The translations under genes and the position numbers were made by a program. A model generated the notes under the pieces. That model was given only the letters and a program-made list of their open reading frames with translations. It searched no databases and had not been told where the DNA came from. Source: Takakia lepidozioides (lineage: Eukaryota; Plantae; Bryophyta). From it: 64,000 nucleotides of DNA. The stretch is taken from NCBI GenBank assembly GCA_030704615.1, contig CM060731.1:36828001-36892000 (forward strand), read 5' to 3'. Of this stretch, positions 52,464-64,000 are shown one piece after another (position 1 is the stretch's first letter; every line of letters begins with the position of its first letter).

Positions 52464-54058
52464 CCCTTAAGTTCCCAAGCCTTATTTTGACTTTTTACCA
52501 ATTTTGGGTACCCACCTGCAGTAAATGCCCCTAGAAACCTACCAAAAATCATCCAGAGATTCCAACCTTATAGCAATGGGCCCAGCTCATTTATGCATGA
52601 CATACCAAAAAATGAGCCAAGTCCACCGTGGAAATTGTGAGATTATAGCGTTGGCCCGGACCTCAAATATCAGGTCCCAAAGAAAAAGTAAGAAAAAAAT
52701 TGGTTTGACCAAATTAAAACCTAGCTTTATCCAATTTTGCTTGCCCCAAGACCCACCATTTCCAAATCAATAGTGGAGTGGTTATGACCAGTGTTGGCCG
52801 GTTATAAGAATTTTACATATCCGCCGGTTAAGGTTACTTCAATATTTTTGGGATGGACACACTCCATGGTTATGTATAAGGATAATTTTTTTTATTTTAA
52901 CATATCCACCGGTTATCTATTCTACAAAAATTTTCAAATTTCGACGGTTATAAATAGGACGGTTAGAGGTGTCCTAAAATTGGCGGATATATATGCAATT
53001 GGCGGTTACATATAATATATTGAATGGGCACTTGTATTTCTTAATGATTTTTGTTAAAATAATCAATTCCCACATGACATCCAAATGAACCTTTAATAAA
53101 GATGAGTAATAGATAGATAATGCTAGAATGCTCCAAGTACATGAGAGATTTATCCACAATGACAAATAAAATGACTAGAGTAAGAAAGGAAGAAAGTCTA
53201 AGAGGGAAGTTGGCTAACATTTAACATAGCAATAAGTTATGGATATTGAGCGCACCTCTTGCAAAAGTTGCCAATACTGAGTATGCAAGCAATCAATGTA
53301 GTTGTGTTGTGTGAGGAGAAACGTGTCATATACTGTAACCGATGGGGGTGATAAGACGGGGTGGTCAAAACGCCTTACTAATCCAGGTATACAGTGTAGT
53401 GCTAACCTTAATATAGGGTACACATACATATACATACTCACCTCCCAATCGTCGGTTATCTATTTGCTCTGTTTTGTAAAAATACCCTGTATGCGGTTAT
53501 GTATACCTACTAACCGGGGTGGTAACCGACTCACTAACCGGGGTAAAGTGCTATACCCGGCCAACACTGGTTATGAGCCCACTAAATTGCATGTCCCACT
53601 GATTTTTTCACCTATGGTTGCTATTCATGCAATTACATGGGGGTTGAAATCTCAAAATTGACAAGAGAAAATGTGCCTCCAAATGAAGTACTTTTTTTTA
53701 TACAAATTTTTTAAAAGCCAATGGTGGATGTGTGTATGTAATGCTCAGACACCACAAGGTAAGTGCTTTTTCCAAAATTGCTAATTTTCTGCCAAAAATG
53801 GCCTTTGGAGTGCAATCTGTTTTGGGCTTGTTTACCTCCCGCGTCAGCGGTCAATAAGCCCTTTTCAGGCCCAAAACGTAAATGAGAGATCTAAGATATT
53901 TTTTTATAGGTTGTAGCTTTTGTTTTTTGCATCGTACTCGAGACAAATCCCTTGTCATTAAAGCTTCAGGAGTGGGCCCCATCAGATTAGATCTGCAAAA
54001 ATTAGGTCAAACTGAAAATTCAAAGTGACCGGATTCAGGTTGCTTGGGAACTTAAGGG
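52464..54058. mobile_element. piggyBac-like non-autonomous DNA transposon (TTAA TSD, perfect 17-bp TIR)
   Basis: TTAA|CCCTTAAGTTCCCAAGC at 52460-52480 and GCTTGGGAACTTAAGGG|TTAA at 54042-54062. No transposase ORF inside. Confidence 0.75.
52771..53584. mobile_element. MITE (possibly hAT-like) nested in the piggyBac-like element
   Basis: Imperfect ~35-bp TIRs TAGTGG...AT.ACCAGTGTTGGCCGG.TATA and TATACCCGGCCAACACTGGTTATGAGCCCACTA. Internal CGGTTA/TAACCG repeats. No clear TSD. Confidence 0.7.
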
Positions 54059-55600
54059 TTAAGATCTTGTATAACTTTACCGCCGAACCTGAGAAATATC
54101 ATCCAACTTAAATGTAGCAGACTTTCTACGTTAGCTGCCCTCCATCTCCACAGGTCTATTCCGACCTTGGGAATATACGTCTATCCTCTACCTGGGCACT
54201 ACCTCTACAGAGGATGCAACAGGTAAAGCGTGCTTAGCCAATAGTGAGGTATCCAGCGTAGAGGAGCAAGTCTAAAACAGCAACCGCCATCATTCATAAA
54301 GCATCATTAGTTGATCCAAGCACACATGAGTTCACACAAAACATCACCCAAGAGCATCAGCTAACATAGTCGTGTTCCAGTATCTTGTACTCTTCAATAC
54401 GTAGAGCCAAGCTACAATAAGCAGTCAGGTGGTGGTCCAACAATATAGGACACCCAGATTACAACCCACCATAGTCACACCTCAGCGCTAGCTAACGAGA
54501 TTAGGTAATTCTTGGCATAAATCTTTTCACAAGCTTTCTTTTGTGAGAGAGGGATTGAAGCAACGTGTACACAATAGAGGGTCCGCACGGATGAATGAAC
54601 ACTAACAAGCACAGAGGCAAGCGATCTGTGGCTGCTATGGTGAAGAATTAATAGATTGCTCTCAGCTAGCGTGGGATGAGGAATCGGGAAGCACGGGGCT
54701 AACGTAAGCACTTGGCCCGAAAATGTGGACGCATTCACAGATGTGTTTGGGTCTAATGTAATGTAAAATTGGAGGTGATTTTGGTCGGCTCCTGGCAGAA
54801 TCGGGCAGAGCTGGATCCCACAGCCAAGCACAGTGGCGTGGGAGTTACAAATGTTGGCTTTGGTGATATTTAAGTTGCAAGTCCCAATCCACAATAATCC
54901 ACTTTTGAATGCCTACACAATCAATTCTTCTACCGTATGATCTTTAGGGTATTTCCTAGATTTTTCAAATAGAATTAGCAAATTCTGAGCCGATTGAAGA
55001 GATAGAAGTAGCCAAATGGATGGAAAGGAGACTAATATCATGTACACTGCAATTATATGGAAAAAACCCAAAGGATTCCTTGACATATGAGGATGTTTCT
55101 TTCAGTGTGAGAAGTAAAGAGAACCGCTATGCAGATACACATCTCTTTCCGTATTCAGTACCTAACACAAAATGTCCTCGCAGTAGATGGTCTGGCATTT
55201 GTCTCACGGTTTCTGTGGTACAAATACATTCTTGGTACTGTGATGATCACAAGGCTATACTAAGAATACAAAAAATAAGTACATGATGTGCCTGAAAAAT
55301 TTCTTCATCCCTTAGAAATGCCCAACAATACCTTCCCAATCCGTACATTTATACTCACACATCATTGAGGTGTACTGACCTGTTTTGGGGCTGCTCTTAA
55401 AAGTATGCTCACCATATAATAATCTCGAAATTCACAGTCATGCCCAACAATAGCCAGCAACAGTTTTGAATGCTTAGGTTGAGTTGATCAGAGTGTGAGG
55501 CTGTGCTGATGTACGGTGCATGCAAAGACATTAGTTGATGGTATTTTCTTGTTAGGCATCCAGTCTAGAAGACCTATAAAGGGAGGAGGGCATACCTCAC

Positions 55601-55918
55601 CTGGTGTAGCTCGGGGTGCAAATGTTCCGGCCATCGTGTCCTCTATCTGTCATAGTCATTGAAGAACCTGCCTGCAGAGTGTGCAGCTGAGGGCTCTTAT
55701 TAGCTCAACAAAGATCTCCTTGTTTCTCGTGCTTGTTAGTGTAGATCTTGACGTTCCAAGGCCATGGATCTTCGTAACTCTGCTTCAGCCATGCCAAGTG
55801 TCAACTACACCCCAAGACACCCCAAAGCTCATCTTCTTTCACATCCGGTGGCAGGGATTAGATGTAGGTTCTTGTCTTCTCAGAGCTTTCGATACAATTT
55901 TCGTCAACTTTCAAGGCC
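55601..55918 (-). pseudogene. TAF15b: TAF15b/FET-family RRM pseudo-exon
   Basis: DENC...TRTYI*SLPPDVKEDELWG...KQSYEDPWPWNVKIYT...GD...PSAAHSAGRFFNDYD (frames joined) resembles plant TAF15b 'ARIYISNLPPDV..DEL...GYKDQWP.NIKIYTD...DPSAAHSAGGFFN.Y'. Several stops and frameshifts are present. Confidence 0.75.
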
Positions 55919-56242
55919 CTGAATGTTTTTGTCCTCCATAATGCTCGGACAATTGACACGGTTGTCCTTTACCACGGACTGACTTATTATCATTCGTTTA
56001 CAGAGTGGTCAGGCTTGTCACATGCAGCACACATACGTATAGAAGAAAAACCAGTTTAATCAGCAAAGAAATGGACAAATGGGCAGAGTACCATCAATAA
56101 TAACAAACTCAAGTAAAACACAGACCAAACACTTTCATACTGTGTGGATAGACCCAGAGCCTCCAGTTTGCTTGCACACAATCCTAGAGATGTCTTGCAG
56201 ATACCAGGTACACAGAGGACCACAAGCATACCTGAAGAATGG

Positions 56243-56564
56243 TGTGCCATCTGATTTTGGAAAACAGAGATGCTCAACACCTATTGATTTTTTGTCACAC
56301 GACCTTACAACGTCAAGGCACAAGCGGTTTCGTGACAAGTGACAATATCGTCCGCTATGTTCCCAGTTGGCAAGCATGATGTATGGTCGTAGTGCAGTAC
56401 GCAAATTGACCCTGAAGTTTTCGCTTGGTGGCGGTGTATGCAAGGGGAACCGACCGGAAGATATTTCAATTGTCAACCAATGTGCCTTGACGTGTGTAGG
56501 TTCCTTGTGACAAAAACATAATCTGAGGGGTCAAGCAGCTCTGTTTTCAAAATCAGATGGCACA
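56243..56564 (-). ncRNA. Candidate MIRNA/hairpin RNA precursor (long imperfect inverted repeat)
   Basis: Arm 56243-56364 pairs with arm ~56444-56564, e.g. TGTGCCATCTGATTTTG/CAAAATCAGATGGCACA and ACGTCAAGGCACA/TGTGCCTTGACGT. The strand is tentative, based on two C-A mismatches that become G:U pairs on the minus strand. Confidence 0.5.
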
Positions 56565-57547
56565 AGTAACACTTGCCCAAGATTTCGTTATCTATTTCCG
56601 TAGCGCACATCCCCATTTATTAGTAAGCCCAAAACCTCAAGCAGTCTTGGGCATTCTCGAGACTGTATACACGAGGAGTAAGAATAAAACGTTCAGGTGA
56701 ATCGTAGAGACAGTTCGCATGCGCAGGGTTATCAAAACTGGGACAAGCGACATGCCCGATCTCGCGCAGTACTGGTGAGGAGGGCGCCCATAATACTCAA
56801 GCAGGGCAGTGAGAGATCTTGTCCAGCATCACAACCCATACTGAAGCACATCTTTATCTCACTTTGCGAGCTTCCAAAGCTGCGACACTGTGCGTGTACA
56901 ATCGTGAAGTAAACGGGTGGTGCGGAACAACTTCTGGCCACAATCTGAAACCCAATCTGGTTCATATAAACCTATGCTACTGATGAGACTCGCGTGCAAC
57001 GATGTAACGGGATCTCGTCTCATCTGTCATGTGGGATGATCCCTTGGATTTATTGTCGAGAGTCTCTAGAATCTGTCTGAGCTTCCTGTTCCGTTGCAAG
57101 CTGAAGGACGATTTCGTCCTACCTGACACCTGAGGTGAACTTTCCCACATCTACCCCACCTTTCTCTCGCAGGCGTCGCGATGGCGGGTTGGGTGCATCC
57201 GATGGCGAGGTAACTAAGCACGTGGACGAATGAAAGCATGCCGAGCGCGTTCTCTGATGTTTGCGCTCATGTTGTCGCTCCTGCTCGCATTTCTGTCGTC
57301 TCTCTCGTGTATGTGTTGTTGGGGGCTGCCCAAGTTTGCAATTGGAACTTCGTGTGCGAAGTTCTAACTGCCCTTCATCTTCGTTTCCATCTTAGAATAT
57401 TGGGAGAAATTGGGAGAAACTGAAGGGAAGGCGAGGATCTCCGCGTTTCGAGTTTGTTCTTCAAATCTCTCTGTCAAAGGCCGCGTCTCAGAGGATTGCG
57501 TAGAGCAAACAGAGGCGGAGAAGGGACGGAAGGAGATGCGGGGCACT

Positions 57548-60500
57548 ATGTTGAGGACGGCAGGAAGCAGTCTTTCACGGTATCTATCGAGGCGTGTGGC
57601 ATCTGCGGCGCCTCTGCTGTGTAACGGCCACCCGCAAGTGCATCAATCAGGCCATCCGGTGCTCTCGTCTGGGCGATGGCTCCATTCTAGGCCTGCGGTG
57701 GCAAGCGGCCACAGAAGTGGTACCCACTCTTCTTTGTCACTCTTCTTCTTCTCTGGGTACTGTCCTCTTCGATCTACTGGCATTCTCCCTGCCTGAATAT
57801 TATCCCTCTTTGGCACCCTCCTCTTCGCTCTCATGCTGCCCTCCTTCCCCATCCCTCAGGTCATGAACATCAATGGAGTCAAAATTGGGGACAATTGATA
57901 TCAAGGAGGGCTGTATTGTACTTCAAGGTGCTTCGTTATCCATTAACGCATGAGATGAGCTGGAATCTGTGTCTGCATTAAACTGTTTTTACACTGGTTT
58001 GGGACTGGATTACTGAACCTTGTTTCTCAATGGAAGGCAACTACACGTGGTCTCAATATGTGAATCTGTGTTCCCCCACAGATAAGATGTAAGTGCGACA
58101 TGATTTTAGAGCCATGAGGTTCCCTTTGGGGAGGGTTCCACGAAAGAAGATGGCAGAAAAAGTACTAATCTCTTCTGTCATCCCTAGGGTCTTAATATGC
58201 ACCACAAGGACCAAACCCTAAGCGACTCAACTCCTTACAAATGCTGGCCAAGTATTATTCAGGAGTTAGGGGCGCCCGTTTCCTTGCATATGGTCTTTCA
58301 ATTGGTTACCTTTAACCTAAGCCCAGAATCTCCTCCACACTTACATAGACACACACTTGTTTACTAGTGCTATCCAGCAGCATCAAGCCTGCCAGGTCCA
58401 TGAGCAGCATTTCCTATTTCAGAAGCTGTCCACGGGAAATTACATTCTAAATTAGTTCCCAAGTACATTTTAGCTCCTCAGCACTTGACATGCATGCTGC
58501 AGAGAGCCCTAAACTTGCTTGAAGGTAACCATTCTGTAAACAGATTCTAGTAACTTTGAGAACGGACAACAGGAGGAATTGCTGTAATACATTCACCAAT
58601 ATCCAAACCTCTCATGGTAAGGACAATAAGGGCAATTAGTATCTACTTGAGGTATGTGTTTGATAGAAAATTTTGTCATCAGTGTTTGTTCTGCCACCAC
58701 ATAAATGTCAAGCCTCGTGTCATTTACCCCAGGTGATCTGAACCATTCTGGTTTTGTGAGATCCATTTTGGAAGAAGGACCTTTACTGAGCTGGTTTTGT
58801 GAGCAGGAATTGGCACAGAGTGGCACGTGAGATTGAAACCCCACCACTATCTTGTAATTTTGTAGCAGCCTAGAGCTAATGGAGATAGAAGGATTAGGCG
58901 AGTGAAGAGAAGGGTAGGGGAATCCGGGAGGGCCTCTCAGCCGGCATCGGGTACTGCCTGCTGGCACTTCAATGGTTAGTTGTTCGTTTATTACATGAGT
59001 CCTGGATAGTGTTTTGTGGTCACCTATTGCTTCCAATAAGCTTCTCTCCCCAGGTTTTAGCAAGGTTTACAACTTCCTGATGACATGCCATGGTCGAGTG
59101 ACTTGATATGGCAATCTATTATGTGGCAGGTTCAGATGATTTTGGAATTGCAACGGGGGTTGAGCTAGAGGAATTGGAAGCAGAGCGCTCGGTAAAGCTT
59201 CTGTTCTCTGTACTGGCCACTTGGTATGTTTTGATGCTGCTCATGACCAATGTATTTGGGCAAAGGTGCCTCGCTGATTCTTTGCAATTGTCCCGCAGGG
59301 TGGCAAGCGCTTCGATCTCGATCCTCCTCGCGGACCATTTGGAACCAAGGTCAACTTGTAATGGCAACTACTGATATGGGTCAGGTTCTGTGAGATTGGT
59401 CTGTCATGTAGAGGTTGAGTCCCAGATCAAGTCTACATCATTGTTCTCTTTGTTCTTTTTAGCATGATCCTGCCTTGCCATTCCTTCCCTTGGATTTCAT
59501 TTCTCAGCCTGTTCATACTCTTTGTGTGGAGGTTGTGGTAATAATAAGCGTGAAAGATGGAAGGCAAGGTTTGACTTGGAGAACCTTTCTTCTTGGCTGC
59601 CCTTCGTTAAATTTTCATGGATCCAGGTAGAGGGAGTCTTGCAGTTCTCTTACTGGATTTCAGGACATGCAGGAAGCACCTGCAATTGTTGAGTCACACT
59701 ATGACGTGCGGATTGTTGGGTGTTCGGGAGGTGTTGGTGGTAAGTATCTTTTTCCTCATTAGAGGCCCGGTGAGCCCGGTGAGCCAATTGGATGCTTCTA
59801 AAGTTTTAACCATTCAGCAAAGCTATTCATGATTCTTGCTTCTGTGTAGCCACACTTGCTCTGCAGGTCAATAACTTTAATCTGATGCCAGCACAATCAC
59901 TAATCACACAGCCTACAGTTGATAATTGCTAAGTCATATGCTAATTTCTTTCAGTTTGTGTGGGCTCCCTTTACGGTGTTTCATTAAAATAGTTGCCATA
60001 TGCTGCCTTGACAGTGCATAAGCAACTGCATTTCTCCAGTGGCGGATATAACAATGAAGCGTAGTCATTTATGCCACAGGTTCCAGGAGAGACCCTTCTT
60101 TCTTGGAACAGATGGTTACTGTGGTTACTTGAACCTGATGAGCCTGCAGATCTTGAGAGTGTAAACATTTGACTCCACTCACTGTGGATGCAAAGAGCTT
60201 CATTATGTTTGTTTTTGCATATTGATGAGAGATTGACTAGCCTGTGGAGATATTGATAAGAAAGTCAATATCTCTTTTTGTCCTCTCTAATTCGTACCAA
60301 AGTGGGTAAACAACTTGATTTGTAGGTGGTTGAGTGCATATGGATGGTACAGATCTCTCTTTTTGCCCGTCTCTATCAGAGCCTTTTGAGTGCAATGTGT
60401 GAGTTTTGGTTCACTAGTCACTTCCTTGGGGCCTGATAGCTGTGAGGAACACACTCATTGGAGACAGAATGAATAGCTAGTGCCTTAGGCCCCGTATGCT

Positions 60501-61510
60501 TTTTCTCCAATGTCAACAGAGATCTCATACGGGAACGATTCAAACAAGGCTGCTCACTGTTGTACAATAATTTGCAGAGGATGAGCATGATGTGACATGG
60601 TTTCACCTGGAAAAGGGAAAAACATACGAGTGCTCTGTTTGCTCGCAAGTTTTTCAGGTATACCTCAATTGCTTCTGGTATGGTGAAAGCGCTACTTCAA
60701 TATCAGGATTGACTGAAAATTAGGTAGTGAATGGAGAAACTTAAATCTTTGTTCTGTGTTGTTGTGGAGACAGTCAGCCATGTCTAAAATCATGTGAAGA
60801 TATTTCATAAGCCTATAACTGTGTCTGGTCCCATGTTTTCCACACACTACCAACCCAACACACCTCCCCCCCCCCCCCCCCAACCTTCTTTTCTTGAGAC
60901 GGCGGTCTTCCTCTATGTATCCATCCTTCTGGCAATCTGTATTTCTTTTCAAACCCCTCCCCCCCCCCCTAATCTGTAGCAGTAAAGGAAGCAGCAGTCC
61001 CTTGTAGGGCATGTAATGTGTTGATGCCTGTGAATAGTCCAAGAGGACATCTGAATTGGCTCTGTCGCAGTGTCAAGCACCTCGCCTGAGTGAGGCACAC
61101 AATTTACAAGTGAAAATTGGTGTATATTCCTTATTGTTCTACTTGGGTGCAAAACCCCTGGTAGAAATTCTGAAGTTTCTTTTCTCCTTTCCATCCCTGT
61201 CAGAGCAGTGCTCAGTGGAGAGTTTGGACATTTTTTACATGCAGACCATAGACTAACAGCGATTTAGTAATAACCGGAAGTTTGTAAGAGGGAGGATGTC
61301 AATGGTTGAAACTAAGGTCTTGTTCGCCACAACAAGAGGAGAAATTCTGGTGTGGTCTGATGTGGTGCCAGGGGGAGGAAGCGAAATTTGGTGTATTTCA
61401 TGCGGGTTTCCTGTTGTAGCTCCTTGACTGACTCCGGGTGTCTGATATGGTGCCAGTTGAAGGTGATAGGAGAGGGTGGGCTTCCAGGCCATGAACATGA
61501 CCATCATTAG
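57548..61510 (+). CDS. COX5B: Cytochrome c oxidase subunit 5b, mitochondrial, 161 aa
   Basis: Exons 57548-57719, 59130-59191, 59299-59349, 59673-59739, 60578-60657, 61457-61510 total 486 nt. An Arg/Ser-rich transit peptide is followed by IATGVELEELEAE...GPFGTKEAPAIVESHYDVRIVGCSGGVGEDEHDVTWFHLEKGKTYECSVCSQVFQLKVIGEGG...HH*. Confidence 0.96.
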
Positions 61511-63339
61511 GAGGCCCAAGATTACTGGACTACCACGGGAAGGAAAGGATTGTATACTTACTGGGGGTCAAAGAGCACTCTCGAGGTCCACTTGTGATCC
61601 CCATGGGCTATATACCTTTCTCTTCCAAACAATTTGGGGGTTCTTACGATCTTGCACATTTTTTAAGTGAGGGGTTGGCAACCCTGAAATTCCTGAGATG
61701 TCCGCACCATCATTCTCAAACTGAGAGTCCTTGCATAGCTGAGCTATGATCAAAGCAGGCTCCCACTCTGTTGAATGATCAGTTTTGAAGACTCGACCCA
61801 AGTGTCTGTTGTCTTGTTATTTAATAAACTAAGGCCAATTTGAATACATTGGTGTTTTGGCAATTATAACGGCATATGTGGGAATGCCATCGGAGATAGG
61901 TGAGGAGGAAGGCCTGTCTACTTCCAGTTGAGGACATTTGCTCATGCAAATTTTGTGGCTTCTATGTTTGGAGAGGGGGAGATAGAGAGAGCGATGCTGG
62001 TTTTGGGTGGCCTGCCCCTTTCCTCACAAAGAAAAGAGGGATGGAACTTGCAGCTGTATTGCCTTGCCATGACAATAGATGTTTAGTTTATGGGCAAGGA
62101 TCTCATTGAATACTGCTACTGGGCTACAATCCTTTACAAGGAACAGCTTTTTAAGCTCTCCCACTGGTGTCCACCAGAAATTGGGAATTTCCGCCGGTGG
62201 AGAATGTACTCATTTCTGCCAATAGAGAGAGAGGGGAGAGAACATGGTAGCTTCATAAATTGTATTTCAATGCTGTCCACTTTTGGCATGTCAGTTACAT
62301 CTCAAATTCCACCCGGTCATTGAGTGGATCATCACAATTCAGAAAGCTCAGATTCTTAGGTGGATCCAACTTTAAAGAGAAAAGTTTATTTCAGCCTTCC
62401 ACATGAATCATTTGGAATTGTCACCCTGGAGCTTCCATGTCAGGATATTGATGCAAACACGTGTTCCAGGTAGACCTGCAATTGTGTTAGTGTCAGCAAA
62501 TAAACCTCTCCAAGTAATGTCCCCATTCTCGGAACCCTCCATTGGAAGCTCAGAAACTACCTACCATCTGTACACTGCTTTTCAGAAACGGTTGGAACTG
62601 GAAAAAGGTCCATTCTCTTTTTGCCAATCTCTCTGTCCGGAAGCAAACACTCATCAAATCAAAAGGATACATAACATTCCAAGTCCATCATCTATCTGCG
62701 CATGAATCCAGTCATCAGAGAGAGAACTGCTGAGTCGTGAGCATTGGGAAGTAGAGAAACAACACAGTTGTTGTATGGAATTGCAAAAGAGAGATTTGTC
62801 AGAGAAAGGAGACAGCCAACATTAGACAAAGATGTGTAGAGGTAGGTGTAATAAAAAATCCTGGGGACCCTCAACCTCTTGTTCATGCTTGAAGCTTCCA
62901 TGGAGCAGATCTCCTTTGCTTTTCCACCCGCAACACTGAGGCCTCTCTCTTCTTCCTTGTCCCATGCAGGCAGCAGGGCTCTTGGATGAAATGATGGCCG
63001 CTCCAGTGGATGATGTAAGCCTGACTTAGTGTGGCAGGTTTTGGTCTGGAATGAACGAAGCGTGGATGGATGAAGTACATGTGGGGTCCCACAATAAAGC
63101 CCTGACACGTCATCGTACCATCCATCCATGCTCACTTGTCTAGTACTTGAAAATTTGTCCCATGTGGTCGCACCGATGAATGGGGTCCCCCTCATCCATC
63201 CACTGCTTTTTCTGTCATTCTGTGTACCCAAGGGAATGTTTTTTCTGTCATCCATATTTCCGACTATACAACTGAACGTTTTATTTTTTTATTTCTTGTA
63301 CGTAGAATTGAATATATACGGGATGGTACTCTGAGGAAT

Positions 63340-63775
63340 ATCGCTACTTAATTATAAGTATTATATATGTAATTGTTTTTCCTACAACTAATTAATATTC
63401 TTGTTAGTCTAGATGGCCAGCTGTTACCTCCACGTGATACCACAAAAATGTTTTTGCTTTAAACACAAACTGACTGTACCAATGTACCAATGCTCTCAGT
63501 AATCAAATATTAATCCTGCAGTTTAGTTAATATTCAAGTGGCTGATGTAGACAAAGACTGACTAAAACGTCACTAACTGTCTGAAAAGATACTAATATTG
63601 CACTCCAGTTAATTACCCAAGTGAGCTCTTTGGACAATCGCTGACCCGGGTTTAATTAGGGTTCATAAAATAAGCAACATCCTCCCTGTATCACTAGACA
63701 AACCCTGCTAACATTCTTGATACGAACTGACTAGCCACTAATCTCTAACTAACAACCCACTAACCTTAACTAATG
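63340..63775. repeat. Dispersed ACTAA(C/T)/TTAGT motif array, probably a DNA-transposon end
   Basis: Repeated actaat, actaac and gactga motifs in AT-rich sequence. Confidence 0.35.
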
Positions 63776-64000
63776 TGGAAGCCCCAAGCCTGGACTTGGT
63801 CTGAAATGTAATGAGGCTGTGCCTGGAAAATGTAGAATAGTAGCCCACATGTTCGACCAAAACTGACTAAAAAGCTCATCTTGCTCTTCAATATTCTGCC
63901 CTCTCCAATCACAATTAGGTCAGAATTGGATTCCAGTCTTGTATCTTGTGCGCTCTTATGAGACACACCAAAACACGATCCCACCCAACGGTAAGCACAC

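Larger units (their letters stand above)
49509..54520 (-). mobile_element. Old Ty3/Gypsy element: diverged LTR-like direct repeats (49509-49876 and 54156-54520) flanking integrase remnants
   Basis: The repeats share CTATTCCGACC...TGCTTAGCCAATAGTGAGGTATC...GAGATTAGGTAATT...GGCATAA, with many substitutions. The left copy starts TGTAACAC. Internal remnants: GHL.VSKTIKRLQGQYHWKGL, HRTTTPYHPQCNG, YCTSVHSST..SPFE (50850-51490). Confidence 0.8.

Noticed and set aside
56135-56476. 113-aa minus-strand ORF as a TAF15b zinc-finger exon
   Set aside because: No RanBP2-type W-x-C-xx-C motif. It overlaps the inverted repeat and is better explained as non-coding.
58593-59367. Minus-strand ORFs of 156 and 82 aa
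   Set aside because: They lie antisense within COX5B introns and exons and have no recognisable domain.

Overview
Eukaryotic land-plant genomic DNA with GT-AG introns and many transposons. A bryophyte, most likely a moss, is inferred from the Tcn1-like chromovirus and the gene content. Apparently intact genes, spliced by hand: (1) an 8-exon inward-rectifier (Kir/KirBac-type) channel homologue on the minus strand (1322-6483) that lacks the TxGYG filter and has a long acidic N-terminus with 11-mer repeats; (2) an RWP-RK transcription factor (minus, 10314-13761); (3) an SmD1 gene with unusual substitutions (minus, 34928-37434); (4) COX5B (plus, 57548-61510). Damaged or uncertain genes: a coiled-coil plus Cys/Pro-repeat gene (28941-31238), an acidic coiled-coil gene (33507-34398), a TAF15b RRM pseudo-exon, and a decayed 5' duplicate of the Kir gene lying directly upstream of the RWP-RK gene. 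Mobile DNA: a chromodomain Gypsy element running into a 500-N gap, an older Gypsy element, Copia and LINE remnants, CACTA pieces, a degenerate ParB-like ORF, and a TTAA-flanked piggyBac-like element containing a nested MITE. A ~320-nt imperfect hairpin at 56243-56564 is a MIRNA/hpRNA candidate. All family assignments come from motif recognition by eye; no searches were run.
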